IMG/VR virus record: IMGVR_UViG_3300002026_001292
Origin: an uncultured virus (IMG/VR IMGVR_UViG_3300002026_001292)
Lineage: Duplodnaviria; Heunggongvirae; Uroviricota; Caudoviricetes
Strand: one strand, 5' to 3'
DNA: 64,000 bases
The position numbers and the translations under genes are program-made. This document shows positions 54,715-64,000 of this stretch, in pieces. Every line of letters starts with the position of its first letter. The first letter of the stretch is position 1. The notes below the pieces were generated by a model. It saw only the letters and a program-made list of their open reading frames with translations. It ran no database searches and was not told the DNA's origin.

Positions 54715-55482
54715 ATGACTATTACTAATAATATTTATGGATATGCTAATATCGCAGGGACTCCAGTAAGATATACATCATGTAATATTAGTAAAGACCA
54801 ATCCCCATTATTTTATAATACAATTATTGGATTAAGAGATACTGTTCCTTCTGGTCTGTTTGACAGTAAGAGTGATGGTGGATCACTGAATAAGCAAAGA
54901 CAGATTTACAGATCTGGTGTAGGTATATATAAATGCAGTATATCCTATTTTATTGCAGGATCAGAACCGCTGTTTGAATTAGCAAAAACTGGCAATGAAT
55001 TTGATATAGGACATCCAAGTGGAAGTGGTTTGACTGGTTGTCGTGTTAATAGTTATACGTTTACAGTTTCCGCAGGTGATGTGGCAACAGTTAGTGCAGA
55101 TATTATGGCGTTGGATAGTGGCGGATCGTCTGGCGGTGAACCGTTAGAAGAAGTTTTAGCGACCTGGGATTCTTTTTATGTTGGTGGAGAGGCATGTGAT
55201 TTGCAAAGTTTTTCATTTACTATAAACAATAATTGCAAACCGATATATACATGTTCTAATCTATTCCCAACTGAAATAAGAATTGGAACTCAAGCGGTTA
55301 GCATATCTTATGCTACTTATGGTGGGCAATCACTTGGATCTTCCATAACATTAACTGGTGGAGGGATGAATGTTACATTTGGTACATTACTGGATTCGGG
55401 TGGTGGATTGCAGGCGGCAAGTTCTGGACCGCAAATAACTACATTAAATTTTGAAGCAAATGAATATTCTTTAGGAGCATGA
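54715..55482 (+). CDS. possible tail tube-like virion protein
   Basis: G/S/T-rich beta protein (GCRVNSYTFTV, SFSFTINNN..P.Y). Confidence 0.4.
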   Translation: MTITNNIYGYANIAGTPVRYTSCNISKDQSPLFYNTIIGLRDTVPSGLFDSKSDGGSLNKQRQIYRSGVGIYKCSISYFIAGSEPLFELAKTGNEFDIGHPSGSGLTGCRVNSYTFTVSAGDVATVSADIMALDSGGSSGGEPLEEVLATWDSFYVGGEACDLQSFSFTINNNCKPIYTCSNLFPTEIRIGTQAVSISYATYGGQSLGSSITLTGGGMNVTFGTLLDSGGGLQAASSGPQITTLNFEANEYSLGA

Positions 55483-55901
55483 TGCATAATAAATTAATAA
55501 TTGGATTAATTGGAGATGATAAAAACGATAGAGATAAAGTTGCTAAAATATTTTCAGATATTGGATTTTATCGTACATCAATATTTTCAAAAACAAAAGA
55601 ATTAGCTAAATATCTTCTTCCTGAAGACATTTTGTCTGATGAAAATATTGACAAAGTTCGTAAAAAAGGGTATAATGTAAGTAAATGCTATTGGATTAAC
55701 CTCGTACTTGCGTCAATACCAGATGGAAAAGAATTAATAGTAATTGATGATTTAAATCATGAAGACTTAATAAAAGGGATCATATTGCCATATGGAATAC
55801 ATGAGTTACCAAACAAATATGTTGGATTTGAAACAATTAACCCTAATAGTCAAACTCTTGAAGCAGATATACACGTAAAAATAAAACGTATTGCCCATTA
55901 G
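55479..55901 (+). CDS. degenerate dNMP kinase-like protein
   Basis: IIGLIG...D.VA, YWI, IVIDD; P-loop not intact. Confidence 0.4.
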   Translation: MMHNKLIIGLIGDDKNDRDKVAKIFSDIGFYRTSIFSKTKELAKYLLPEDILSDENIDKVRKKGYNVSKCYWINLVLASIPDGKELIVIDDLNHEDLIKGIILPYGIHELPNKYVGFETINPNSQTLEADIHVKIKRIAH

Positions 55902-55975
55902 AATATTCTTGTATAATATATATATTGAACAAAATTGTTGTATAATAAAATCACTGAAAAATGGGAGTTGAAAAA

Positions 55976-58177
55976 ATGGCAAGAGATGACTGGCATTTAA
56001 AGTATAGACCTGCACAATTGGATGATTTAGTAGGACAATCTAGCGTTGTCAATACACTAAAACAAGCATCTAGAATTGATCGTTTCGCTAATTCATATTT
56101 CTTTGTAGGGACTAAGGGTTGCGGAAAGACATCTTCGGCAAGAATATTGGCTAATTTATTGACTTGTGAAAACCCAAAAGACGGAAGATTATGTGGAGAA
56201 TGTATAGCATGCCGCACAATCCCATCAGATGTTGCAATGGATGTAATTGAGCTTGATGGTGCAGCAAATGGCAAAGTTGAACATATTACTGCATTGATAG
56301 ATGGAGCTAGATGGAATCCAAGTCAACTGAAAAGAAAAGTATATATCATTGATGAGTGCTTAGGATATAATTCAAGAGTTGAAACAGAAAACGGTTTAAT
56401 CCCAATTGGTAAAATAGTTAATGATAAATTAAATGTAAAAGTAAAATCATATAATGAAGACAAAAAGGAAATTGAATGGAAAAACATATCTGCATGGCAT
56501 CTTAATTCAGGTAAAGATATTTATTCTATTCATTTAGAAACTTTGGGCGTTTTGCATGCTGCGGATAATCACCAGGTAATGACTCCTAGTGGTTGGAAAA
56601 AAGTAGCGGATTTAGATGTTGGCGATGAAGTTTGTAGACGTGGATTGGCTTTGAATGAATTTCAAGAGCAAGTCGCATTGGGATCTTTAATGGGTGACGC
56701 TTCTATAGGTAAAAATAAACCTACCTTTAAAAAAGGTTCAAGAACAAATTCTAGGTTAAGGTTTGTACATGGATATCAACAGTTGGATTATTTAAAGTGG
56801 AAAGCGAAATTGTTTGGTAATTTTTCACGTCAATTAACGCCCAAGGTTAATTTGTTGACTGGCTTTGCTAAACAACCAACGTCTTATTTCAATACCTCTG
56901 TAAGTTCACAATTTAATCGCCTACATGAACTTTTTTATAAAAATGGCGTAAAAACGATAACCGACACTGTTTTAAATAAATTAAATGCTATTGCTATGGC
57001 GATATGGTTTTGCGATGATGGTTCTTTAAATAGAGTTAAGGTTTCTACTGGTTTTTCAAACTATGTAATGCTTCATACTGAAGGGTTTTCTTGGGAAGAG
57101 AATGAATTGATAAAAAACTGGTTAAAAGATAGTTGGGATATTGATTCTACTGTTCAGCAAGTTAGACCAGGTTTATTCGCAATAAGTATGTCAAAGACAG
57201 GATCTTTAATTTTTTTAAATATTATTGCTGATTATGTTCCAATTTGCATGAAATATAAATTGAAGCGTTTCGGTGAAGATAGGAATCATGCGTCTGAATC
57301 AGTTGTTTTTTGGGATGCTAATAAAACCGAAAATAATGAAGGTTTAATAGTAGAAAAAATAACTAAAAAAACATTTTTTAGAAGAGAGAGTAAAACTTAT
57401 GATTTGGAGATTGAAGGGAATCATAATTATTTTGTTTCTGGGACTCTTGTTCATAATTGCCATCGACTTTCCGGTAGTGCAGTATCGGCTCTTCTTAAGA
57501 TTACAGAAGATCCGCCACCATATTTGAATTTTATATTTTGCACAACCGATCCTGATAAAGTCATCGATACAATAACTTCAAGATCGCAACGTTTTAATTT
57601 TAGGCGATTATTATCTAAGGAAATCGTCGGCAGATTAAGATATATTAGTGAAAAAGAATCCGTAAATATAACGGATGATGCTCTTTTTATTTTGGCGAAG
57701 AAAAGTCGTGGTAGTATGAGAGATGCGGTTGTTTCTTTGGAGCAGATAGCGGTATTGGCTGGTTCAAAAGAAATAACAGGAGCTATTGCACAAAAATATT
57801 TCGGAATGGCGGACAGACAGATCGTTTTCCAAATAATTGATGCTGTAGTTAATAGCAACATCCCTTTGGTTATGGATCAGGTTAACGATTTAATTATGTC
57901 AAATGTAGACACGAAGGAGATAGCTTTTGAAATTTCAGAAGCTTTTAGGAACATTATGCTTTTAAAAGCTAATAATGGGGATTGTAAATGGTTGGATTTA
58001 CCAGAATATGAGGTAGAGTTACTCAAGAAAAACGGTGAGAATATAAAGTTGGCTCAATTGGACAAATTGGCAAAACAATTTTCAACGTTAAGGAAAGAGC
58101 TTGAGTTTAGTATTAACGAAAGGTGGGTTTTGGAGTCAACACTTATTCATTGCACAGCATTGTTGCGAAAAACATAG
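55976..58177 (+). CDS. dnaX: DNA polymerase III gamma/tau clamp loader with intein
   Basis: KYRP, GCGKTS, C..C..C, IIDE|...|CH, SRSQ, GSMRDA. Confidence 0.95.
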   Translation: MARDDWHLKYRPAQLDDLVGQSSVVNTLKQASRIDRFANSYFFVGTKGCGKTSSARILANLLTCENPKDGRLCGECIACRTIPSDVAMDVIELDGAANGKVEHITALIDGARWNPSQLKRKVYIIDECLGYNSRVETENGLIPIGKIVNDKLNVKVKSYNEDKKEIEWKNISAWHLNSGKDIYSIHLETLGVLHAADNHQVMTPSGWKKVADLDVGDEVCRRGLALNEFQEQVALGSLMGDASIGKNKPTFKKGSRTNSRLRFVHGYQQLDYLKWKAKLFGNFSRQLTPKVNLLTGFAKQPTSYFNTSVSSQFNRLHELFYKNGVKTITDTVLNKLNAIAMAIWFCDDGSLNRVKVSTGFSNYVMLHTEGFSWEENELIKNWLKDSWDIDSTVQQVRPGLFAISMSKTGSLIFLNIIADYVPICMKYKLKRFGEDRNHASESVVFWDANKTENNEGLIVEKITKKTFFRRESKTYDLEIEGNHNYFVSGTLVHNCHRLSGSAVSALLKITEDPPPYLNFIFCTTDPDKVIDTITSRSQRFNFRRLLSKEIVGRLRYISEKESVNITDDALFILAKKSRGSMRDAVVSLEQIAVLAGSKEITGAIAQKYFGMADRQIVFQIIDAVVNSNIPLVMDQVNDLIMSNVDTKEIAFEISEAFRNIMLLKANNGDCKWLDLPEYEVELLKKNGENIKLAQLDKLAKQFSTLRKELEFSINERWVLESTLIHCTALLRKT
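56357..57457 (+). mobile_element. LAGLIDADG intein in DnaX Walker B (367 aa)
   Basis: IIDE|CLG...GSLMGDA...WFCDDG...LVHN|CH. Confidence 0.95.
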
Positions 58178-58234
58178 TATAAATCATCGATGAGTCCATA
58201 TTCCGCTCTTTAATCAGCGGGAGATATAAAAGGA

Positions 58235-59116
58235 ATGTCTATAAGAAAAAAGAAAGGGGAAAAGTTAGATAAAATAGTTTGTGAAAATGAAATTTTAATA
58301 TCTGATGTGAATGACGAAACGGAATCGGTTGTTGTAGATGACGACGACGATGAGATTATGGAAAAGCCTTCAGATGTTGAAGAAATATTATTCAGATTGC
58401 CAAATGTTAGAGAACCTTTGATTGGTACTCCGAAGCAGGTTCAAAAGAAATTAGATAAAATGGCTATCCATATAAGGAGAAATCCAGATGACCATTATAA
58501 AAATCAGATGCTTTTTGAAACAATACATCTTTACATGCATGGGTTTTTAATAAATGTGGCTTTAAAGCAATTCCCATATATAAAGGGATTACAGACAGTA
58601 GATATCTATCAGGAATCTTTAATAGCTCTTCGTTTTAAGGCTATACCTGGTTTTAGAATGAGAAAGGGAATGAGTTTCTTAAACTTTGCAAAAATGTGTA
58701 TAAGAAGGCATTTGATAACTATATTGAATTCATCTAAAACAAGATTGAAAGACCAATCCATGAATCAAGCGGTTTCATTAGATAGTGCTACAAATCAGTA
58801 TTCAGATGATGGTGCTACGTTTGCAAATACAATCCCAGATGGTAGTGAACCTGTTGATAAGCAAACTGAAATGAATGAGGCTTATGCTTTCACTTTGGCG
58901 AATCTTTGTAAAACCTTATCACCTTTTGAGCAGCAAGTTCTACATGAATATTTAACTAGTTCTTCTTACAACGAAATTGCAGATGATTTATCTAATAAGA
59001 ATAAAAAGATTAATCCTACCAAATCCGTTGATAATGCTTTGGTTAGGATTAGGAATAAAGCTCAAAAATTGATGGAGATTAGTAAAATAGAAGATATTCC
59101 TTTATTTCAGCTTTAA
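58235..59116 (+). CDS. SigH (Spo0H)-like sigma factor
   Basis: DIYQE, SFLNFAKMCIRRHLIT, VSLD, LSPFE..VL..YL...SYNEIA, KSVDNALVRIRNK match the SigH pattern. Confidence 0.85.
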   Translation: MSIRKKKGEKLDKIVCENEILISDVNDETESVVVDDDDDEIMEKPSDVEEILFRLPNVREPLIGTPKQVQKKLDKMAIHIRRNPDDHYKNQMLFETIHLYMHGFLINVALKQFPYIKGLQTVDIYQESLIALRFKAIPGFRMRKGMSFLNFAKMCIRRHLITILNSSKTRLKDQSMNQAVSLDSATNQYSDDGATFANTIPDGSEPVDKQTEMNEAYAFTLANLCKTLSPFEQQVLHEYLTSSSYNEIADDLSNKNKKINPTKSVDNALVRIRNKAQKLMEISKIEDIPLFQL

Positions 59117-59169
59117 AATTTGTATAATATATTCAACATAGACCAAATAAAACAACGAAAGGAGATTCA

Positions 59170-60492
59170 ATGAAAGTAACACTGAAGCAAGATGTATTGT
59201 TGGAAGCAATTAAGCGTGGGGCATTCGCTGCTTTGTCGGATGAAGCTCAAACCGATTCTAGCACTCTATCATTAATTATTAAATCGGTAAAGATCAAAGC
59301 TGAAAAAAGCAAGATTACATTTGAATCTGCAACTGCTTTAGTATCATCTAGTTATGTTTTGACTACTGTTGACGAAAACACCGTGAAAGAAGAAGGTGAC
59401 GTTATGGTTGCCGCCAACGAACTCTACGAGTGGGTAAGTCGTCAAGGGAATTGTGTCGTTGCATTGGTATCAAAGGATTTAGATGAGCCAGAAACAGTTA
59501 ATGTAGGTGGAGCTACTGAAGCGGTAACTAAAGCTGTAATCAGAAAAGTAGGCAAACTCACTCTAGCATCTAAAGATAGTTCTAAAACAGGTTCTAAATG
59601 GTCGTTGGATAGCTATGACTCATCTCAAATGCCATCTGTTGAATTAGGCAATTTAAAGACTCCATTGTTCGTCCTGCCTTTAGAACAGTTAGCCGATGGA
59701 ATAAAAAACATTGGGTTTGTGGCTATGGCGAAAGATTCTGATCATGTATTTGATACCATTTCATTCCAGCATAGAGACAAAAATATGTATATGGTTGCTA
59801 CAGACTCAGCTAGATGTGCGTTGTGGAATCTTCCTAATGCAGACGGTATAACTTTAGAGAATTCTGTTTCGTCAAAGCAATTGGAAACTTCTGGCGTTAA
59901 GGATTCTTGGAAATATAATTTGTTAGTGCCTTTGAAGATGTTATCTGATGTTTGTAAATTGTCATCAAATGCGGCTCCATTGGAATTTTACAGAGATGAC
60001 GCCAAGAACCGTATATATTTGAGTCAGCCTGGTTTCTTGGTTCGTATGGCAACGGCGGGTAAAGAAATGACTGACAAATTCCCTCCGCTAGACCTTTTCT
60101 TGGTAAAGACATATACTGATTTATGTACTGTACCAAAGGATGTACTTACTAGTCGGTTGAACACTGTTTCTCTAGTAAACAAAAATGCCATTATGTTTGA
60201 TTTCGAGACAGACCAGTTGACATTGTATGGCATTTCTGAGAGTGGACATTCCCCTTGCAAAGCTAATATGTCTGTTGGGGCGGTTAGCGAAAAATTCACA
60301 AAGGTTTGGAATGTAAAGCACTTCTTAGATGTATTAAAAGCGGTAAACTCTGATAATATTAAGGTTTTAATACCAACTGTTTCCAAGAAGACTATTAAAA
60401 TTCTAAATCCATCACAGCCTAATGTTTCTTATTATGCTATGTCGATTGAACGTTCTAAGTACAATTTGGAAGATCCATCTGCTAATTCTTAA
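59170..60492 (+). CDS. dnaN: DNA polymerase III beta sliding clamp (divergent)
   Basis: VATDSARCA, FPP, WNVKHFLDVL; next to dnaX. Confidence 0.8.
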   Translation: MKVTLKQDVLLEAIKRGAFAALSDEAQTDSSTLSLIIKSVKIKAEKSKITFESATALVSSSYVLTTVDENTVKEEGDVMVAANELYEWVSRQGNCVVALVSKDLDEPETVNVGGATEAVTKAVIRKVGKLTLASKDSSKTGSKWSLDSYDSSQMPSVELGNLKTPLFVLPLEQLADGIKNIGFVAMAKDSDHVFDTISFQHRDKNMYMVATDSARCALWNLPNADGITLENSVSSKQLETSGVKDSWKYNLLVPLKMLSDVCKLSSNAAPLEFYRDDAKNRIYLSQPGFLVRMATAGKEMTDKFPPLDLFLVKTYTDLCTVPKDVLTSRLNTVSLVNKNAIMFDFETDQLTLYGISESGHSPCKANMSVGAVSEKFTKVWNVKHFLDVLKAVNSDNIKVLIPTVSKKTIKILNPSQPNVSYYAMSIERSKYNLEDPSANS

Positions 60493-60494
60493 TC

Positions 60495-61715
60495 ATGGAA
60501 ATGCCATCGCCAGTTCTTATATTTGGGGATAAAGTGCTTTCCCAAAATAATGTCAATGCTGCGAAGAAAAAATACTCACAGTATGTTTGGCACACAGTTT
60601 CTGCCACTGACGATAGTCCAGATTTAATACGGGCTATCGTCGGTCAGGGGGATTTTTTCTCTAGTGATAAGGTTGTTTTGATTCAGGATATTCCAAATCA
60701 AAAAGCGGTGCGAGAGTTTATCGTTGAAGTAGTTAAGTTGTCTTCTGATAAGATTAAATTTGTAATTTGGGATTCAAATGGTCAAATAAATATCGACCCG
60801 AAAACCAAAACTTTCAATAAAACTTGGTCTGAATTCATAAGTGAGATAAAAAAGAACAAAGACCATAAAATTGTAAACAATGGATCTGAATTCACTGAAA
60901 AAGAGAATAATGATTGCACAACCTTCATTAAGGAAAGATTTAATAAATGCAAAAAGAATATCTCTCATGATAATGCTTTGTTGTTTTCTGAAATAGTTGG
61001 AAGAAATAGAGGCATGATAGATTCTGAAATTTCAAAATTGGTTTTAACATGTCCTAGTGAAGTATCTAAACAATTCATACTTGACAATGCGTTCCCGTCT
61101 TCTTCAGATGCTATATTGTATAAGTTCGGTAATGTTCTAGATTCATGTTCCTATGGAGACTCGTTGGTAATGATGAGACAATTCATGGATATGGGTATAA
61201 ACGAGAATGTATTGGCTGATATAATGGTTAGGAAGGCAAGGTGGCAATTAGCGGCTGCATCTTATTGGAGTCAAGGTATGTCTTGGAATGAAGTCGTTTC
61301 AGCTTTGATGCAAATGGGCAAATATCCATCTTCTATATGGCATAAGAATTCGATTACTCCAACTGAAAAAAGGAAGTCTTCTGAAACATTAAAAGAAGTT
61401 GAATCAAGAATGGAGTACATGCAGAAAATATGTGGCGTAAAAGACTGGCAAATCGATAAAACTAAGAAAACTGCAAGGGCTGAAACTGTTCCAATGGATT
61501 TCATGGCGGAATTAACCACTAAATTTTTGAGAGAAAATATAATTGCACCGAATGTTAATACTTATCGTGAACCAGAAATGAAAGTCAAGCTGGTAGATAG
61601 ATGTATAAAAGTATATCTATTTGTGTTGGATAAATTAAAAGAGATTCGTTATGGGGTTAATCCACAACAGGATTTGCAAGATATGGTTGCAGCTTTAACG
61701 AGTAAATCAATATAA
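60495..61715 (+). CDS. DNA polymerase III delta (HolA)-like clamp loader subunit
   Basis: FFSSDKVVLI, VG.N...IDSEISKL; context. Confidence 0.65.
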   Translation: MEMPSPVLIFGDKVLSQNNVNAAKKKYSQYVWHTVSATDDSPDLIRAIVGQGDFFSSDKVVLIQDIPNQKAVREFIVEVVKLSSDKIKFVIWDSNGQINIDPKTKTFNKTWSEFISEIKKNKDHKIVNNGSEFTEKENNDCTTFIKERFNKCKKNISHDNALLFSEIVGRNRGMIDSEISKLVLTCPSEVSKQFILDNAFPSSSDAILYKFGNVLDSCSYGDSLVMMRQFMDMGINENVLADIMVRKARWQLAAASYWSQGMSWNEVVSALMQMGKYPSSIWHKNSITPTEKRKSSETLKEVESRMEYMQKICGVKDWQIDKTKKTARAETVPMDFMAELTTKFLRENIIAPNVNTYREPEMKVKLVDRCIKVYLFVLDKLKEIRYGVNPQQDLQDMVAALTSKSI

Positions 61716-62282
61716 TTAAAGTGCTAAAAACTTTTTCATTGTTGATTCAGGTACGCCATATCGATTGGCAAGTTCTGCAACGCTAGTATCATTCATCTGT
61801 CGGTCTAAAACAATTTTCACCTTATCTTTTGAAAGAATATACATGTTTATTCTTTTAATCATGTAAAAATTACCTGTTTTTTCTTTGTATTGATTTTCTA
61901 GATTGTAATAGATCTCTTCATAAGCCGCATTTTCTTCTGTTTGTATATCTTGTCTGTTCTTTACCCATAAATCGTATTTTTCAGGTAAATTTGCTTTCAT
62001 CCAATCTTCAAATCCCCAAGGAGCAGTATGAGCTGAAAGGTGAAGATCAAATTCATGATGTTTTGGGCAGATAAGAATTCCATTGCCAACATCCCATCTG
62101 TATTTAAAAACTCGTCTGGAAATCAAATGATGGGCATTAAGAATTGTGTCATCTGTTGGTATTCCGAGTGATTTGCATATTGGACATTGATTATCGTATT
62201 CTAGTTTGACCAGCATACGCCATAATTCATCGCAGAAATTTTTGCCGCTTTTCTTAGGTAAACAGTATTTTTTTGTTGCCAT
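61716..62282 (-). CDS. NinG/Rap-like HNH nuclease
   Basis: CPIC...AHHLISR...RWD..NGILIC..HH. Confidence 0.7.
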   Translation of the reverse strand: MATKKYCLPKKSGKNFCDELWRMLVKLEYDNQCPICKSLGIPTDDTILNAHHLISRRVFKYRWDVGNGILICPKHHEFDLHLSAHTAPWGFEDWMKANLPEKYDLWVKNRQDIQTEENAAYEEIYYNLENQYKEKTGNFYMIKRINMYILSKDKVKIVLDRQMNDTSVAELANRYGVPESTMKKFLAL

Positions 62283-62328
62283 ATTGTTATTATACAAACA
62301 TTTTAGTGTTATTTGAAGATAATTAGTG

Positions 62329-62742
62329 CTATAGATTGATAAGGGTTCGTGATGGATTAATGTTTTTTTCAAATTCCTCTAGTACGCTCAAAATATCACG
62401 AATTGAAAAGGGTTTTTTAATAAACCTTATATTTTTGTTTCTTACATCGTCCATAGTTCGCGGCTCTACCTGACCTGATATGATCAATATATTATTAACC
62501 TTGCATCCTTTTGATGATAAATCGTTTATGAATTCTATTCCGTTTACTATAGGCATTTCTATATCAGTCATAATTACATCAGTGCATTGAGATTGACCGC
62601 AATTGCACTTCTCATTTATAGAAATAGAACATTCTGATGGATTTCTGTAATCAAAAATCTCATATCCCTTTATTTTAACAACTGCTTTCAAAAGGTCTCT
62701 GATAGCATCGTCATCATCAAAAATTAATACTCTTATTCTCAT
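62329..62742 (-). CDS. stand-alone response regulator receiver (CheY-like)
   Basis: LIFDDD, TDIEMP..NG, ISG, KPF; Cys-rich insert. Confidence 0.9.
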   Translation of the reverse strand: MRIRVLIFDDDDAIRDLLKAVVKIKGYEIFDYRNPSECSISINEKCNCGQSQCTDVIMTDIEMPIVNGIEFINDLSSKGCKVNNILIISGQVEPRTMDDVRNKNIRFIKKPFSIRDILSVLEEFEKNINPSRTLINL

Positions 62743-62855
62743 CCGATATAGTACGATGTTTAGACGATATAACCCTTTAAAACAATTAAAGGATTGTATT
62801 GATAGATGATTGAAACAATTAATAGTTTTCTAAAAATTGTATAATAGCACAATAA

Positions 62856-63104
62856 ATGAATATAGAACAAGCAAAACCAGCATTAGTTAGGCAAAGAATA
62901 AGCGGCAGAACCCCAAACGGTATGCCGATTAATGATTATGCCTTGGAAGTATTGAATATCTCGATAGAAGATACAGGTAATCATCATATCGAATTTGTTC
63001 AATGCCAGAATCCTAAATGTGGTTTTGTTATATCTATGTTATTGACAGAAGGAGGATGTCCTAACTGTGGGGTTGAGAATTTTTCAACTACTATGCGAGA
63101 TTAA
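62856..63104 (+). CDS. Zn-ribbon protein
   Basis: CQNPKC...CPNC. Confidence 0.6.
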   Translation: MNIEQAKPALVRQRISGRTPNGMPINDYALEVLNISIEDTGNHHIEFVQCQNPKCGFVISMLLTEGGCPNCGVENFSTTMRD

Positions 63105-63120
63105 TACTAAGGAGAAAAAA

Positions 63121-63942
63121 ATGAGAGAAATATCAGAACAAGAACAATTGGCGAAATTAATTGGTGGAAGCATTGATGCAGATCCAGTTATAACAGGTGA
63201 CATTCTAGCCGAAGGATTAAAAGCTCAATTAAGCGGAGTAAAGTATTCAGCTCCTGCCAAAGAATCTTCATATAGAGAGGCGTCTAATCAACCACAATAC
63301 GTTCAGGAAGAAGTTCAATATGATTCTGCTATTGTATCTGCATTACAGGATGTACATGGCAATCTAATTTGTGCTTTTTCTGAATGTAAATTAAATAGTA
63401 CAATGGCGAACACTTTGACAGCCCAAATTAATAAGATAGGATCTTGTATCGTCAATATGGGTGGTGAAGCTGAAATGTTCGAACCATTAAATCATGTATC
63501 TGGATTAAAGATGCCTGATACCGTTAAGAATGCCCAAGAAGTGATATCAAGAACCGTCCAATGTTATAGATTGGGAGCCATTAAAGATGCAAAGGTTAAT
63601 GATAAAGGTAACGAGATAAATATTGTTTTCGAAGGAGAAGAAGGCGATACAAGGTATACCGCTTACGGAAGGATTATAGCTAATGCTTGGACTGGAAATG
63701 AAGCTATTGATTATGTATATACTCCTAATGCTGGTAGGATGTCAGTTAAGTCATTCCAAGGGGGTAGATGGATCGATAAGGGGGCTTCTGACGGATACCA
63801 GATATCATGGGAATTAAGCGAAGATAATATTTTAAATGAATCTGCAAAAAATTTAAATGATAAAAAGGAAGTTTCAACAACATTACAGAATGATGAGATA
63901 GAAATTCAAGATGGGGAAGATGATATTGGAAGCCCCATTTAA
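63121..63942 (+). CDS. hypothetical protein
   Basis: AAGGAG RBS before ATG 63121. Confidence 0.6.
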   Translation: MREISEQEQLAKLIGGSIDADPVITGDILAEGLKAQLSGVKYSAPAKESSYREASNQPQYVQEEVQYDSAIVSALQDVHGNLICAFSECKLNSTMANTLTAQINKIGSCIVNMGGEAEMFEPLNHVSGLKMPDTVKNAQEVISRTVQCYRLGAIKDAKVNDKGNEINIVFEGEEGDTRYTAYGRIIANAWTGNEAIDYVYTPNAGRMSVKSFQGGRWIDKGASDGYQISWELSEDNILNESAKNLNDKKEVSTTLQNDEIEIQDGEDDIGSPI

Positions 63943-64000
63943 ATAAAAAGGGATTCCAATATAAATCTGGAATAAAAGTATATCAACTACTCAACGATTA

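Noticed and set aside
1012..61519. Numerous short antisense or nested ORFs in the six-frame track (e.g. 1403-1861, 36581-37138, 44671-45093, 57451-57861)
   Set aside because: Shadow frames of well-supported genes, with no RBS or motifs
61716..62282. RNA-guided IscB/Cas9-like HNH nuclease
   Set aside because: No RuvC motifs, too short, no adjacent non-coding RNA space
1..64000. Alternative genetic code (stop-codon reassignment)
   Set aside because: Conserved genes are full length in code 11; the dnaE breaks are explained by split inteins

Overview
AT-rich, gene-dense segment, almost all on the + strand and in the standard genetic code, most consistent with a large (jumbo-type) bacteriophage genome. 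The left 26 kb is accessory. It holds a Ro60/TROVE-vWA gene embedded in a putative ubiquitin-like conjugation module (Gly-terminated small protein, JAB protease, candidate E2, ThiF/E1) that surrounds an array of about seven structured, partly tRNA-mimicking ncRNAs. It also holds a leader-peptide attenuator (Tyr/Lys/Thr/Val-rich) upstream of tRNA-Val, a TyrA-like gene, tRNA-Thr and tRNA-Lys, plus tmRNA and RNA/ADP-ribose repair and anti-defence-type enzymes (Apyc1-like MBL hydrolase, macrodomain, ARH, Tpt1, Thg1). The right 38 kb is a replication/recombination block. It includes DnaE broken into three genes by two split inteins, each interrupted by a free-standing endonuclease, plus one full intein; SSB, RecA, primase, SbcCD, TopA, intein-bearing DnaX, DnaN and HolA-like; two sigma factors (one SigH-like, with matching AGGA-N18-GAA promoters across the window); tandem SpoVS; and an orphan PAS sensor and receiver. 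All calls come from motifs read by eye; no searches were run.
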